A DNA stretch of 64,000 nucleotides from Patescibacteria group bacterium (GCA_042568575.1 JBHPIO010000001.1:1-64000); one strand, 5' to 3'; shown: positions 31,165 through 41,701, counted from the stretch's first letter. Translations and numbers: made by a program. Notes: generated by a model from the letters alone, not told the origin.

Positions 31165-31193
31165 TTGACAAATATGGAAATGTGGATTACTAT
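31165..31193 (+). promoter_or_regulatory. sigma70 promoter upstream of the sigma70-r4/HARE-HTH gene
   Basis: TTGACA-17 nt-TACTAT. Confidence 0.7.
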
Positions 31194-31318
31194 TTGTCAC
31201 CTCTTAACCAATTAGTTCTTTTAAAATAATTTTGCAACATAATCAACTTTCTTGCTTGACATATTATTTTAGAACTAATATCGTAAGATCACTTTAGAAC
31301 TCTTATCCTTAAATACCT

Positions 31319-32413
31319 ATGAATACAACTACATCTAAACAGGGCTCACGCAGCGTTTCACTACGCAATGTGAACTTGTCAGAAATACTGGAGGACATGT
31401 TTATGGTCCTTAGCACTAAAGAGAAGGATGTAATAGTTAAGCGTTTTAGCCTAAACAACAAGCCCAAGATGACTTTAGAGAAGATAGGGCAGGAATTTTC
31501 TGTTACAAGGGAGAGGATCAGACAGATAGAGAAAATAGCTCTTGGAAAGCTTAAAAGAACAGTGAAAAGTACACAATTAAACGAGATAAGCATTCTTGCA
31601 AAAGAACTTATGGGAAATAAAGGAGGCGTTAGTACAGAAGAATCATTAATTAGTGGAATTCTAAACCTTATAGGAAGTACAGAGAAACTGGACGCTTATA
31701 TTATTCGTCTAGCTTTAAACATTACTCCTGACCTAGAAAAAACTGATAAAAGTAACTTGTATTACCCATTCTGGCGTTTAAACGATATTTCAGAGAAAGA
31801 TGTACGAGTAATGATTGATACAGGAATTTCTATCCTTAATAAGAAAGGTGATGTTCTAGGAGAACAAGCTCTTGCAAAACAACTGGTTGCTGCAATTGCT
31901 CCAAAAGGACTTGAAGCTTCTAAAGAAACAGTTACTTCAGCTCTTGAAGTTGATCGTCGAGTTAAAAGAATGAAAGATGGAAACTTTGGACTAATGAGTT
32001 GGAGACATATCAACCCACGAAGTATTAGAGATAAAGCGTTTATTGTTCTTAAACAATCAAATGCACCTCTACACTTCATTGAAATTGCCAATAAGATTGC
32101 CGAATCAGGCTTTGATAAGAAAGTTGTTACTACACAAGCAGTTCACAATGAACTCATCCGATACGATCAATTCGTATTAGTTGGAAGAGGTCTTTATGCC
32201 CTTAAAGAATGGGGTTATAAAAAAGGAACTGTTGCTGATGTTATTAAAGAACTTCTTGCAAAGAAAAGCCCGTTAAGCAAACAGGAAATTATCCAAGGCG
32301 TTCTAAAACAACGTCAGGTTAAGAAGGGAACAATCTCTCTTAATCTCCAAAAAAATGCACATTTTGTTCGTGTAGGTCGTGCAATGTACGCACTAGATAT
32401 GAGCAAAAAATAA
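31319..32413 (+). CDS. sigma70 region 4 HTH + HARE-HTH (RNAP delta-like) protein, paralog 1
   Basis: LSTKEKDVIVKRF..MTLEKIGQEFSVTRERIRQIE; IRDKAFIVLKQ..PLHF.EI; AVHNELIR..FVLVGRGLYALKEW. Confidence 0.85.
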   Translation: MNTTTSKQGSRSVSLRNVNLSEILEDMFMVLSTKEKDVIVKRFSLNNKPKMTLEKIGQEFSVTRERIRQIEKIALGKLKRTVKSTQLNEISILAKELMGNKGGVSTEESLISGILNLIGSTEKLDAYIIRLALNITPDLEKTDKSNLYYPFWRLNDISEKDVRVMIDTGISILNKKGDVLGEQALAKQLVAAIAPKGLEASKETVTSALEVDRRVKRMKDGNFGLMSWRHINPRSIRDKAFIVLKQSNAPLHFIEIANKIAESGFDKKVVTTQAVHNELIRYDQFVLVGRGLYALKEWGYKKGTVADVIKELLAKKSPLSKQEIIQGVLKQRQVKKGTISLNLQKNAHFVRVGRAMYALDMSKK

Positions 32414-32431
32414 TCTAAATATTCCAAGTCT

Positions 32432-32746
32432 ATGGATGATTGCCTTTTTTGCAAAATCATCAGTAAAGAAATAGATAGTGAAATTGTTCATGAAGATGAA
32501 ATATGCGTGGCTTTTAAGGATATCAATCCTAAAGCGCGTGTTCATTTGTTAATAGTTCCAAAAAAACATATCGCCAAAATTTCAGACCTTGAAGAAGGAG
32601 ATGAAAAGATTATGGGTCACTTAATAAAAGTTGCCAAAGATCTTGCTGAAGAATTTGAATGCAAAGGATATCAACTTCTTTTCAATGTAGGACGTGAGGT
32701 AGGACAGATCATTTTTCATGTCCACCTTCATTTAATGGGAAAGTAA
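32432..32746 (+). CDS. HIT (histidine triad) nucleotide-binding protein
   Basis: CLFCKI, AFKDINP, HLLIVPKKH, HVHLH. Confidence 0.95.
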   Translation: MDDCLFCKIISKEIDSEIVHEDEICVAFKDINPKARVHLLIVPKKHIAKISDLEEGDEKIMGHLIKVAKDLAEEFECKGYQLLFNVGREVGQIIFHVHLHLMGK

Positions 32747-32748
32747 TT

Positions 32749-33732
32749 TTAAACATTGCCAATTTCCAGCGATAAATCTATTGGTTGGATGTTTTGTGTT
32801 AACAAACCTAGAGAAATGACATCAACACCTGTGTTTGCGTAATCTACTATGTTTTCTTCATTGATTCCGCCTGAGGCTTCAAATAAACAAACATCATATA
32901 AAGATTCTTGTTGCAGTGCAGCTAAAGTCTTCTCGATTTCTTTTGGACTCATATTGTCGAGCATCATAACTACTTCATTAGGAAGTATTTTCTTGCTTTG
33001 ATATTGAGATATGAGTTTTGCTGCTTCAATTGCAGTTTTGGTGTCTTCAATTTCGATTTCGAAAAACTTGTAAGGATGTTTTGGGGGCTTAAATGAGGCG
33101 AAAAGCTTTTTTAAGTCATATTTGTAATAAGCAAGATGATTGTCTTTAATAAGAATTGAGTCCGCGAGATTTAACCTATGTGTTGCACCACCTGCAATAG
33201 TTACAGCCTTTTTATCAATAAGTCCCCATGTAGTTTTTCGTGTTGGAGCAATACAAACATGAGGCTTTGATTTTTTTGCCTTATCAATAATTCGTTTAGA
33301 AGTCGTAGCAATCCCACACATATGTTGAAGAAGATTCAAGATACTTCGTTCAGCCTTCAGGATATCTTTGATATCACCTTTTAATTCCATGAGCATGTCG
33401 TCCTTTTTGAATTTTTTCCCATCTTCAAGACGTTGAACAATATGAACCTCGTTAAGACGAGGTTTGAAAGTAGGATCACTTTCCAATACGAAATAATTAA
33501 TTTCTTCTCCTCCTGCCATTACCCCATCTTGGTTTGCATAAATTCTTGCTATAACTTCTTGAGAATCATGAATAAGAGAATCGCTTGTTATATCCCCATG
33601 TTCATTGAGGTCTTTCTCCAATTCAAGGAATGTATATCTAAAAACCCATTGCTTATAAAGCAGAGTTTTCACCGTTAGGAGATCTTTCTGGTTAAATAGT
33701 TTTTCTGTTAGTTGAGCACGATCTTTAATCAT
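32749..33732 (-). CDS. nadC: Quinolinate phosphoribosyltransferase
   Basis: GDITS, AERSILNLLQ..GIAT, TRKT, HRLNLADSILIKDNH, MLDNM, EASGGI, GVDVISLG. Confidence 0.93.
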   Translation of the reverse strand: MIKDRAQLTEKLFNQKDLLTVKTLLYKQWVFRYTFLELEKDLNEHGDITSDSLIHDSQEVIARIYANQDGVMAGGEEINYFVLESDPTFKPRLNEVHIVQRLEDGKKFKKDDMLMELKGDIKDILKAERSILNLLQHMCGIATTSKRIIDKAKKSKPHVCIAPTRKTTWGLIDKKAVTIAGGATHRLNLADSILIKDNHLAYYKYDLKKLFASFKPPKHPYKFFEIEIEDTKTAIEAAKLISQYQSKKILPNEVVMMLDNMSPKEIEKTLAALQQESLYDVCLFEASGGINEENIVDYANTGVDVISLGLLTQNIQPIDLSLEIGNV

Positions 33733-33768
33733 GATAATATTGGTTTCCTGCTACATTATTTTTATATC

Positions 33769-34845
33769 ATGCTTCCTGAAAAGTATAAAGCTCTATCAGA
33801 CTCGGAAACTTTCCCTTTAATTAAACAGGCCAAGGAAAAACTTGGAGACGATCTTTTTATACTTGCTCATCATTATCAACGAGATGAGGTTATTCAGTTT
33901 GCAGATGCGATAGGGGACTCATTAATGCTTTCTCAAAGAGCTGCTAAAACAAGCAGTAAATATATTGTTTTTTGTGGGGTGACTTTTATGGCAGAAACAG
34001 CGGATATAATAACTGATGATGATCAAACTATTTTGCATCCGGATTTGTCTGCAGGATGTCCAATGGCTGATATGGCTCCGGCAAGTCAGATTCGAAAAGC
34101 CTGGAAAGAGCTTGAAGAAGTTATTGGTGATACTTCAAATGTAATTCCAATTACATACATAAATAGTTATGCAGAAACAAAGGCATTTTGTGGTGAGCAC
34201 AATGGTGTTGTCTGTACGTCATCAAATGCAGATAAAATTTTAAAGTGGGCTCTTGAACAAGATAAAAAAGTCTTTTTCTTTCCAGATCAGCATCTTGGAA
34301 GAAATACAGCGCATAAACTCTCAATTACAAACGATCAGATGGCTTTGTGGCAGCGAGAAAAGGAATACGGGGGTCTAGGTGAAGAAGAACTGAAAGCAAC
34401 GAAGATATATTTATGGAATGGATGTTGCCCTGTTCATGAGCGATTTAAGTATGATGACTTGAAGGCAATTAGAGAACGTGATCCTGAAATCAAAATATTA
34501 GTGCATCCGGAAGTTCCTGAAGAGCTTGCTAATGATGCGGACTACATGGGATCTACTCAGTATATAGTAAATATGATTGAAGAGGCTCCGGCCGGATCTA
34601 AATGGGCGATTGGAACCGAGGTTCATTTAGTATCGAGACTTGCAAAGAATCATCCCGATAAACAGATATTGCTGATTGGAACGCCAATTTGTATGTGTTC
34701 GATGATGGATAGGATTTCTCCTCAATATTTATTGTGGACTTTGGAAAGTCTTGTGAATGGTGAAGTAATAAATGTTGTGAAAGTACCTGAAAATATAGCA
34801 AAAAACGCAGTCAAAGCTTTGGATAGGATGTTTGAATTAACTTAA
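33769..34845 (+). CDS. nadA: Quinolinate synthase
   Basis: ILAHHYQ, GDSL, VFCGVTFMAE, GCPMADM, TYINS, CTSSNA, HPE, C.C..M; start taken at ATG 33769. Confidence 0.95.
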   Translation: MLPEKYKALSDSETFPLIKQAKEKLGDDLFILAHHYQRDEVIQFADAIGDSLMLSQRAAKTSSKYIVFCGVTFMAETADIITDDDQTILHPDLSAGCPMADMAPASQIRKAWKELEEVIGDTSNVIPITYINSYAETKAFCGEHNGVVCTSSNADKILKWALEQDKKVFFFPDQHLGRNTAHKLSITNDQMALWQREKEYGGLGEEELKATKIYLWNGCCPVHERFKYDDLKAIRERDPEIKILVHPEVPEELANDADYMGSTQYIVNMIEEAPAGSKWAIGTEVHLVSRLAKNHPDKQILLIGTPICMCSMMDRISPQYLLWTLESLVNGEVINVVKVPENIAKNAVKALDRMFELT

Positions 34846-34846
34846 G

Positions 34847-36301
34847 CTATTTTACAGATTGCATGTGATTTTCTAAATCATCTCTAAATAAATCCTCTTT
34901 CATTTCTGTATCTAATTGCATGACACTGTTGGAAACAGAAGTTTCTTCATAATTTAGAGGAAACAATTCTCTACAACTAGGACTTTGTGTCGAATTTGAT
35001 AAAAAAGTATGCATGACTGACATATTATCCGTTGCTTGATACCATTTTCCTGTGAGGTCATAGTTGACGATTTTACAAAGATCGTAAGCATCTCTATTTG
35101 TTATCGGTTGTTCTGGATATTTTAATAGAACAAACGCAACTCTAAAACTATTAGAAATTTCCGGATAACCTTGAAGGTCTCTTTCTCCATTTCCAGTATA
35201 ATAATAATTTGGTCCTGTATTTCGGCATTGCTCCTTTGTTAACAAAAAGCTTTTTAAATCATTCAATGTAACATCTCTTCTTGTTCCGCTATATGTCATT
35301 TCTCCACTGTTGTAATCTCCACTAATATATTCAGGATCAAGGACTACAAACATTTCTTTATTCTCAAGTTCTTGTGCGGTTATTAACCCCATTTGGTATA
35401 AGTCGACATAATTAAACTCACGTTCACCTCTGTCAATTATATGTTTTGTAAATGTTCCATCATTGTTATCTTCCCATTGTCCCCAAGGAATGTCGGATAG
35501 ATCATGTAACGGAGGATTCTGGTAATACTCCCAATAATGGGTAGGATAAGCATGTGTGCTCTGATCTCCTGCTTGAAATCTCTCTGTCCAATGTCCCGAT
35601 TCAAAGAGGTCAGAAGTCCATGATGGATAACAAGAACTAGGTTGTGAACCGCTGTACCAACCTAATCCCCAATAATGTGCAATTTCATGCATAAAAGTAT
35701 CAAGGAGAAATGGGCGAGGATAAATATTAATTGCTTCATCAGTATAACTCACTTTATTTGTATATCTTAGGCGTGAGGGTATCGGACAATCTGCAATTCC
35801 AGTGAAGCTGCATGAATTAATTATACCAATATTGGCTGGACCATATCTATGAATCGCCCCACCAGTAGGTCCATGCTTAGCTTCTGCCACATTTCTTTGG
35901 TAATCAATGAAAATTATAAAATCAAAATCGTCAGGATAAGATTTATAAAATTCCTCAAGAACATCCGCTTTTTTAAGGTTACCATTTGAAAACCGTGCTG
36001 GGTCATCACTTGGAAATTCTAATACCGCGATATTGGCTTTTTTTAATTTCTGATTTGTGTCTAACTTAAACATACTTTCTGATATCTGAATTTCTTGAGC
36101 TTTAGAATCTGGGACATCTTTTTCGAGCTGAATTGATTTATCTTGAATTGTATAGGTCGGTGTTGAAGTTTGTGTTACTGGAGTACGCGAAATCTTAAAC
36201 ATCATCCCCAAGAAATAATCGCTATTATATGCAAAAGCTGCAATGATTATTACAATTGCTCCAAGTAGGAGAAGAGGAATAATAGTTTTTTTTGATTTCA
36301 T
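34847..36301 (-). CDS. Membrane-anchored/secreted putative zinc metallopeptidase
   Basis: N-terminal TM helix; FMHEIAHYWG (HEXXH); downstream GHW and DLYQMG. Confidence 0.7.
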   Translation of the reverse strand: MKSKKTIIPLLLLGAIVIIIAAFAYNSDYFLGMMFKISRTPVTQTSTPTYTIQDKSIQLEKDVPDSKAQEIQISESMFKLDTNQKLKKANIAVLEFPSDDPARFSNGNLKKADVLEEFYKSYPDDFDFIIFIDYQRNVAEAKHGPTGGAIHRYGPANIGIINSCSFTGIADCPIPSRLRYTNKVSYTDEAINIYPRPFLLDTFMHEIAHYWGLGWYSGSQPSSCYPSWTSDLFESGHWTERFQAGDQSTHAYPTHYWEYYQNPPLHDLSDIPWGQWEDNNDGTFTKHIIDRGEREFNYVDLYQMGLITAQELENKEMFVVLDPEYISGDYNSGEMTYSGTRRDVTLNDLKSFLLTKEQCRNTGPNYYYTGNGERDLQGYPEISNSFRVAFVLLKYPEQPITNRDAYDLCKIVNYDLTGKWYQATDNMSVMHTFLSNSTQSPSCRELFPLNYEETSVSNSVMQLDTEMKEDLFRDDLENHMQSVK

Positions 36302-36336
36302 CTTACAAATTATGCTTAAAGGATGCTCGTATTATC

Positions 36337-36861
36337 CTAGCTCTGCTTTTCCTTAACAAAACGCATCCAAAGATCTTTAATTAGATCTGCTGTTGCATGT
36401 GCAAGTGAAGCAAGCATTTCACGGAGTCTCCTTAGTTGTGCCATTAAAGTGTTGAGTTGATGTGCTTCAACCGTGCCCTTCTTATTCATAACTTTTTTAA
36501 TTTTCTTATGCAGGTCTTTAATCTCTCTTTTTAGTTCATGTTTAACTTGCGATTTCATAACTTTTGTTGGTGGCAGAGGTTTTAGTATTGTTGCAGCAGA
36601 CTGATCTTGTGTACCGCCTGTACCAGCTCCGGTATATTGATCTTTCGCTTTTGATTCTTTTTCACTAACTTTATCCGAAGAAGCCTCTGCAGCTTCTGCA
36701 CCTTCAGAAGTTTCAAGTCCACCTAAGTCTACGGAAACCTTAGCCTTTTCGACTTCTCTTCCATCGCTTTCACGAACCTGCGGTTTTTCAACCGTCTTGA
36801 TTCCTTCTTTCCCGGATTCCGGGTTTATGCCCATTTTGTTATCTGTGTCTGCCATCTTCAT
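36337..36861 (-). CDS. Hypothetical protein
   Basis: 174-aa ORF with disordered N-terminus and helical C-terminus. Confidence 0.7.
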   Translation of the reverse strand: MKMADTDNKMGINPESGKEGIKTVEKPQVRESDGREVEKAKVSVDLGGLETSEGAEAAEASSDKVSEKESKAKDQYTGAGTGGTQDQSAATILKPLPPTKVMKSQVKHELKREIKDLHKKIKKVMNKKGTVEAHQLNTLMAQLRRLREMLASLAHATADLIKDLWMRFVKEKQS

Positions 36862-37000
36862 AGTTAGAATGTCCTTATATTATACTAAGAAAATGGATTT
36901 AAGTCAATTTTCCAGGCCACACTTAAGCATTTATAAATTGCAGTTTGTATGGTATAAAAAATGCTGTATATCCTGTTAACGATTATAACCAAACCTTCAC

Positions 37001-39628
37001 GTGAAAGAAATAGCAAAAGCTTATACTCCCAAAGAATACGAAGATTCTATATATAAAAAATGGGAAGATTCAGGAGTCTTTACTCCAAAAGTAGACTCTA
37101 GTAAGAAATCATTCACGATATCGATGCCGCCTCCAAATGCGACTGGAACACTTCATTTAGGTCATGCCACAATGCTAGCGCTTGAAGATTTAATGATTAG
37201 ATATAAAAGGATGCGGGGATTTTCTGCTTTGTGGCTGCCAGGGACGGATCATGCTGCTATTGCCACTCAAAATAGAGTAGAGAAAAATCTTGCAGAGAAG
37301 GGGATTGATCGTCATGAACTTGGAAGAGAAAAGTTTTTGGAAGAGGTTGGGAAATTTGTTGAAGATTCGCGTGATACGATTAGAAAGCAAATAAGAAAAA
37401 TGGGATCTAGCTGCGATTGGACTCGTGAAAGATTCACTCTTGATGAAGGTCTAACAAGAGCGGTACGTGAGGTTTTCACTAGAATGTATAAAGACAATCT
37501 TATCTATAAAGGAAATCGTATTGTTAACTGGTGTCCGCGTTGTGAGTCTACACTTGCAGATGATGAAGTTGAGTATAAAGAAAAGCAGGATAAACTTTAT
37601 TGGATTAAATATGGACCGTTTACTTTGGCTACAACTCGTCCAGAAACAAAGCTTGGAGATACTGCTGTAGCAGTTCATCCTGATGATGAAAGGTATAAAG
37701 ATATGATTGGGAAAAAATATATGATCCCAGGCGTTCTTGGTGATTTTGAAGTGGTGGTTGTTGCAGATAAAGAAGTAGATCCAGAATTTGGATCAGGAGC
37801 GGTTAAAGTTACTCCAGCGCATAGTTTTGCGGATTTTGAAATTGCTCAAAGGAATAACGTTCCTTTAAAGCCAATTATTAATGAACAGGGTAGGATGATG
37901 GATAATTGTGGGAAGTATGCAGGAATGACAACAGACGAATGTCGTGAAGAAATTGTAAAAGATATGAAAAAGATGGGGCTCATCGAGAAAATTGAGGATT
38001 TTACACATAATCTTTCTGTTTGTTATAGATGTAAAACTACAGTAGAACCGCTCGTTTCTAAGCAGTGGTTTATTGCCGTTGATAAACCCGCAATTCAAGA
38101 TGGCGACAAAAAGATATCAATAAAGGAAAAAGCCCTAAAAGTTGTTAGAGAGGGAGATATAAAAATTGTTCCAGACCAATTTAATAAAACATATTTTCAT
38201 TGGATGGAAAATCTACATGACTGGTGTATCTCAAGGCAAATCTGGTACGGGCACCAGATTCCTGTGTGGTATTGCCAGGATTGTGACGAACAAATAGTTC
38301 AAACAGATGATCCTGAAAGTTGTACTAAATGTAAAAGCAAAAATATAAAGCAGGATTTAGATACTTTAGATACATGGTTCTCATCTGGGCTTTGGACTTT
38401 CTCTACATTAGGTTGGCCAGATCAGACCGAAGAACTGAAGTATTTCCACCCTACGGCAGTTATGGAGACTGGATACGACATCCTATTCTTCTGGATTGCA
38501 CGCATGATTATAATGACGACTTATGCCCTTAACGAAATTCCTTTTGAAACCGTATATCTGCATGGATTAATCCGTACTCGAGATGGAAAGAAGATGTCGA
38601 AGTCAGCTCCTGAGACATGTATAGATCCGCTTGAAATGATTGATAAATACGGAACTGATGCCTTGCGGTTGAGTTTCCTTATCGGGTCGGCTCCGGGAAA
38701 TGATATGCGTTTATATGAAGAGAAAATCGCCGGTTACAGAAATTTCGTAAATAAGATTTGGAATGCTGCAAGATTCTCTTTAATGAATATTGAAGAAGAG
38801 AATCTAGATGAGACTTTCGATCCTAAAAATCATGTAAATTCACGTGCTGATAAATGGATTCTCACAAAACTGCAATATCTGGTAAAAGATGTGACAAATG
38901 ACATTGAGAATTACAGGTTCTCGGATGCTGGAACAAAGATCTACAATTTCACTTGGTCTGAATATTGCGATTGGTATGTTGAGTTGAGTAAGGGTGAACA
39001 TTTGAACCCACATGTTTTAGTGCATGTACTAAAATCGGTTCTTAGGTTGCTACATCCTTTCGTACCTTTCTTTACTGAGGTATTATGGGAAAACTTACAT
39101 GAAAAGAAGATGCTTATCGAAGAGACTTGGCCTGAATATGATAAGTCATTAGTCTTCGTGAAAGAAGTTGAGGAAATGGAGCTATTGCATCAGGTTATTT
39201 CGGATATTAGAAGCATGAGAGCTGAATATAGCGTTGAACCGGCTAAGAAGATTCATGCGGTAATTTATGGAGGTAAATATAAGGATTTCCTTGAAGAAAA
39301 GCGCGAACCACTTATGAGGATGGCTCGTTTAGAAAATCTTGAGATCTTTGAGAAAGGGGAGAAGATTGAAAAAGCTGTTTGCTTGTTTATAGGTGATATG
39401 GAAATATATCTGCCTCTGAATGAGTTGATAGATACAGAAAAAGAACAGAAGAGACTTGAGAAAGAGCTTGAAAATCTTGTTAGTTTTGAGAAAACTTTAT
39501 CAGGGAAATTGAAGAACAAAAAATTTGTTCAGAATGCGCCGGATGAGGTAGTAGAAAAAGAAAAAAAGAGGTTGGAAGAAACTCAGGTTGGGATTAAAAA
39601 GATTAAGGAAAAGCTCTCGGAACTATAA
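37001..39628 (+). CDS. valS: Valine--tRNA ligase
   Basis: PPPNATGTLHLGH, PGTDHAAIATQ, ATTRPET, DWCISRQIWYGH, KMSKS; C-terminal coiled coil. Confidence 0.98.
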   Translation: MKEIAKAYTPKEYEDSIYKKWEDSGVFTPKVDSSKKSFTISMPPPNATGTLHLGHATMLALEDLMIRYKRMRGFSALWLPGTDHAAIATQNRVEKNLAEKGIDRHELGREKFLEEVGKFVEDSRDTIRKQIRKMGSSCDWTRERFTLDEGLTRAVREVFTRMYKDNLIYKGNRIVNWCPRCESTLADDEVEYKEKQDKLYWIKYGPFTLATTRPETKLGDTAVAVHPDDERYKDMIGKKYMIPGVLGDFEVVVVADKEVDPEFGSGAVKVTPAHSFADFEIAQRNNVPLKPIINEQGRMMDNCGKYAGMTTDECREEIVKDMKKMGLIEKIEDFTHNLSVCYRCKTTVEPLVSKQWFIAVDKPAIQDGDKKISIKEKALKVVREGDIKIVPDQFNKTYFHWMENLHDWCISRQIWYGHQIPVWYCQDCDEQIVQTDDPESCTKCKSKNIKQDLDTLDTWFSSGLWTFSTLGWPDQTEELKYFHPTAVMETGYDILFFWIARMIIMTTYALNEIPFETVYLHGLIRTRDGKKMSKSAPETCIDPLEMIDKYGTDALRLSFLIGSAPGNDMRLYEEKIAGYRNFVNKIWNAARFSLMNIEEENLDETFDPKNHVNSRADKWILTKLQYLVKDVTNDIENYRFSDAGTKIYNFTWSEYCDWYVELSKGEHLNPHVLVHVLKSVLRLLHPFVPFFTEVLWENLHEKKMLIEETWPEYDKSLVFVKEVEEMELLHQVISDIRSMRAEYSVEPAKKIHAVIYGGKYKDFLEEKREPLMRMARLENLEIFEKGEKIEKAVCLFIGDMEIYLPLNELIDTEKEQKRLEKELENLVSFEKTLSGKLKNKKFVQNAPDEVVEKEKKRLEETQVGIKKIKEKLSEL

Positions 39629-39703
39629 AAAAAATAGCTTTCTGCCTTCAAGAGACAAGCAAAATCTGTTATAATAGAAAGAAGTATTTTCTTTTTATTT
39701 AAT

Positions 39704-40624
39704 ATGAATGTGACGCTAAACCAGGAAATTAACAAGATTAAAGATCTCATTTCAAACCAAAGGTTGAAAGAGGCTTATACTGTATGTAATAAGCTCTTAC
39801 TGAATTTTCCTGAAAGTGGGAGAGTTTATAAACTTCAGAAGAGAATAGAGAAAACAGTGTTTAAACAAAACGTAGAAAGTGTTAAGAAAGATCTAAAGGG
39901 ACTAAAGCCTTTATGGGGAGAGCATAAATATGGTGAGCTTGTGGAAAAGCTGCAGGGTTTGCAAACATATGTGCCTGGTTACGCTCCAGTAGAGAAACAA
40001 CTAGAAAAAGCTACAAAGCTTTACAGCAAGTATAGTAAAAAAGAGCGAAAAGATACCTTAAACAAGTACATTAAAACTATTGGTGAGAAAATGCAGAAAG
40101 AGGAGTACGAAGAGGCAATTACGCTGTCGAAACAGATTTTGCATAAAATCCCTAATCATGAACAAGCAGCATTTCTTCTAAACAAGGCTAAAAAGCTTTT
40201 TGTTGATAAAAAGATCAATGATAACAAAGTCTTTTTGGAAAGTGATAAATTTGGCGAGATTCAGGAATTTCTTCTGGGACTTTTAAAATTTAATCCAAAC
40301 TCAAAACAGATAAATTCACTTCTAAAAAAGGCGAGAAGAAGAGAAACAGTAACACTAGAAATGGGGAAAAAGGAATTTGCTTTTAGATCTTACGAAAACA
40401 TTATTGTCCTATATAAAAAGAAAAAATACGATAAAGTGATTGAGGCACTTCAGGAACTGCTTGCAGTTGAACCCGACAACCTCAAATATCTCGAACTTTT
40501 ATCAAAAGCTAAAAAGAGATTTAGCAGACAATTAAATAGGGAAGTGATATCAAAAATATTCAAGTTACAGAAAAAATATAAGCTCGATCATAAAAAGCAT
40601 CCAAAGGAGTTTATCAGAATATAA
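39704..40624 (+). CDS. TPR-like helical repeat protein
   Basis: Recurrent A...C..LL...P / L...P.N helical repeats. Confidence 0.7.
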   Translation: MNVTLNQEINKIKDLISNQRLKEAYTVCNKLLLNFPESGRVYKLQKRIEKTVFKQNVESVKKDLKGLKPLWGEHKYGELVEKLQGLQTYVPGYAPVEKQLEKATKLYSKYSKKERKDTLNKYIKTIGEKMQKEEYEEAITLSKQILHKIPNHEQAAFLLNKAKKLFVDKKINDNKVFLESDKFGEIQEFLLGLLKFNPNSKQINSLLKKARRRETVTLEMGKKEFAFRSYENIIVLYKKKKYDKVIEALQELLAVEPDNLKYLELLSKAKKRFSRQLNREVISKIFKLQKKYKLDHKKHPKEFIRI

Positions 40625-41701
40625 CTATTTCTTTTTAAGCTTATATTGTTCACGACCAATTCTTTCGAATTGAGGCTTATTCTTAAGGTTTAAGATAATA
40701 GTTATCTTTTTAACCTGTCTCTGTTTCATCACCTCTTTAATGATATTCTCTTGTGACATAGCTTTGCCATCCTTAAGAATACCTTGAATGATGTCAGCAA
40801 CAGTACCTTCTTTGTATCCCCATTCTTTAAGGGCATAAATACCCCTACCAACAAGTACAAACTGGTCGTGCCTGATTAGTTCGTTGTGAACGGCCTGCAA
40901 ATTAATACGTTTATTATCGAATCGAAGCTCAGTGATTTTGTTAACAATTTCAACAAAATGAAGAGGTTTCTTATTTTTGTTTAGGACATAATAAATCTTA
41001 TCGCGAAGCGTTTTAGGATTAATATGTCTCCAACTTGCTAGACCAATACCACCTTCAACTGGCTTAAGTCTCTTATCAAGTGTGAATACTGATATAACTT
41101 GTGGAAGATTGCTGTGGTCAAGCTCTTTAAAGTGTTTTCGTAGTTCATCAAAAATCTTGCTATGAGTGTGAACGTCAGATTTTTTACTTAAGATATCAAT
41201 AGTCTTCTCAGTGATGTTTTTGATGTGCGAATGATCAATATCAGCGTATTTGATGTATGGCTGATAATTAATTGTGTTTGGTGTTCTTTGAAGTTCTTTA
41301 TCTAGCGTGAGTGAAAGGTTGATTGCATTTTTGTTAATCTCAACGTCATTTTTATTTAAGATATTAAATAGCGCTGCAAACAGGTTTTCTTCTGTCATCA
41401 CTCCACCTTTTTCTTTTAGGATCTCTTTAATGAATTCGTTAAGTGCATTTAGATCTGTATTTCCTACGTTCCTTTGCAATTTTGTAAGAGCATTCTTTTC
41501 AATCTGTCTGATTCTTTCACGTGTTACATTGAATTCTTTTCCAATCTCTTCAAGGGTTGCTCTATAAGTGTTATCAAGGTTAAATCGTCTCTTAATCACG
41601 TGTTTTTCCTTTTGTGAAAGCAGTATCAGGAGGTCCTGTACAATCTTTTGAGCATTTTGGAATGTCCTTACAGGTGTCTTTTGGATATTCATAGGAAGCA
41701 C
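40625..41701 (-). CDS. sigma70 region 4 HTH + HARE-HTH protein, paralog 2
   Basis: LSQKEKHVIKRRF..TLEEIGKEFNVTRERIRQIE; LRDKIYYVL..PLHF; AVHNELIRHDQFVLVGRGIYALKEW. Confidence 0.85.
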   Translation of the reverse strand: MLPMNIQKTPVRTFQNAQKIVQDLLILLSQKEKHVIKRRFNLDNTYRATLEEIGKEFNVTRERIRQIEKNALTKLQRNVGNTDLNALNEFIKEILKEKGGVMTEENLFAALFNILNKNDVEINKNAINLSLTLDKELQRTPNTINYQPYIKYADIDHSHIKNITEKTIDILSKKSDVHTHSKIFDELRKHFKELDHSNLPQVISVFTLDKRLKPVEGGIGLASWRHINPKTLRDKIYYVLNKNKKPLHFVEIVNKITELRFDNKRINLQAVHNELIRHDQFVLVGRGIYALKEWGYKEGTVADIIQGILKDGKAMSQENIIKEVMKQRQVKKITIILNLKNKPQFERIGREQYKLKKK

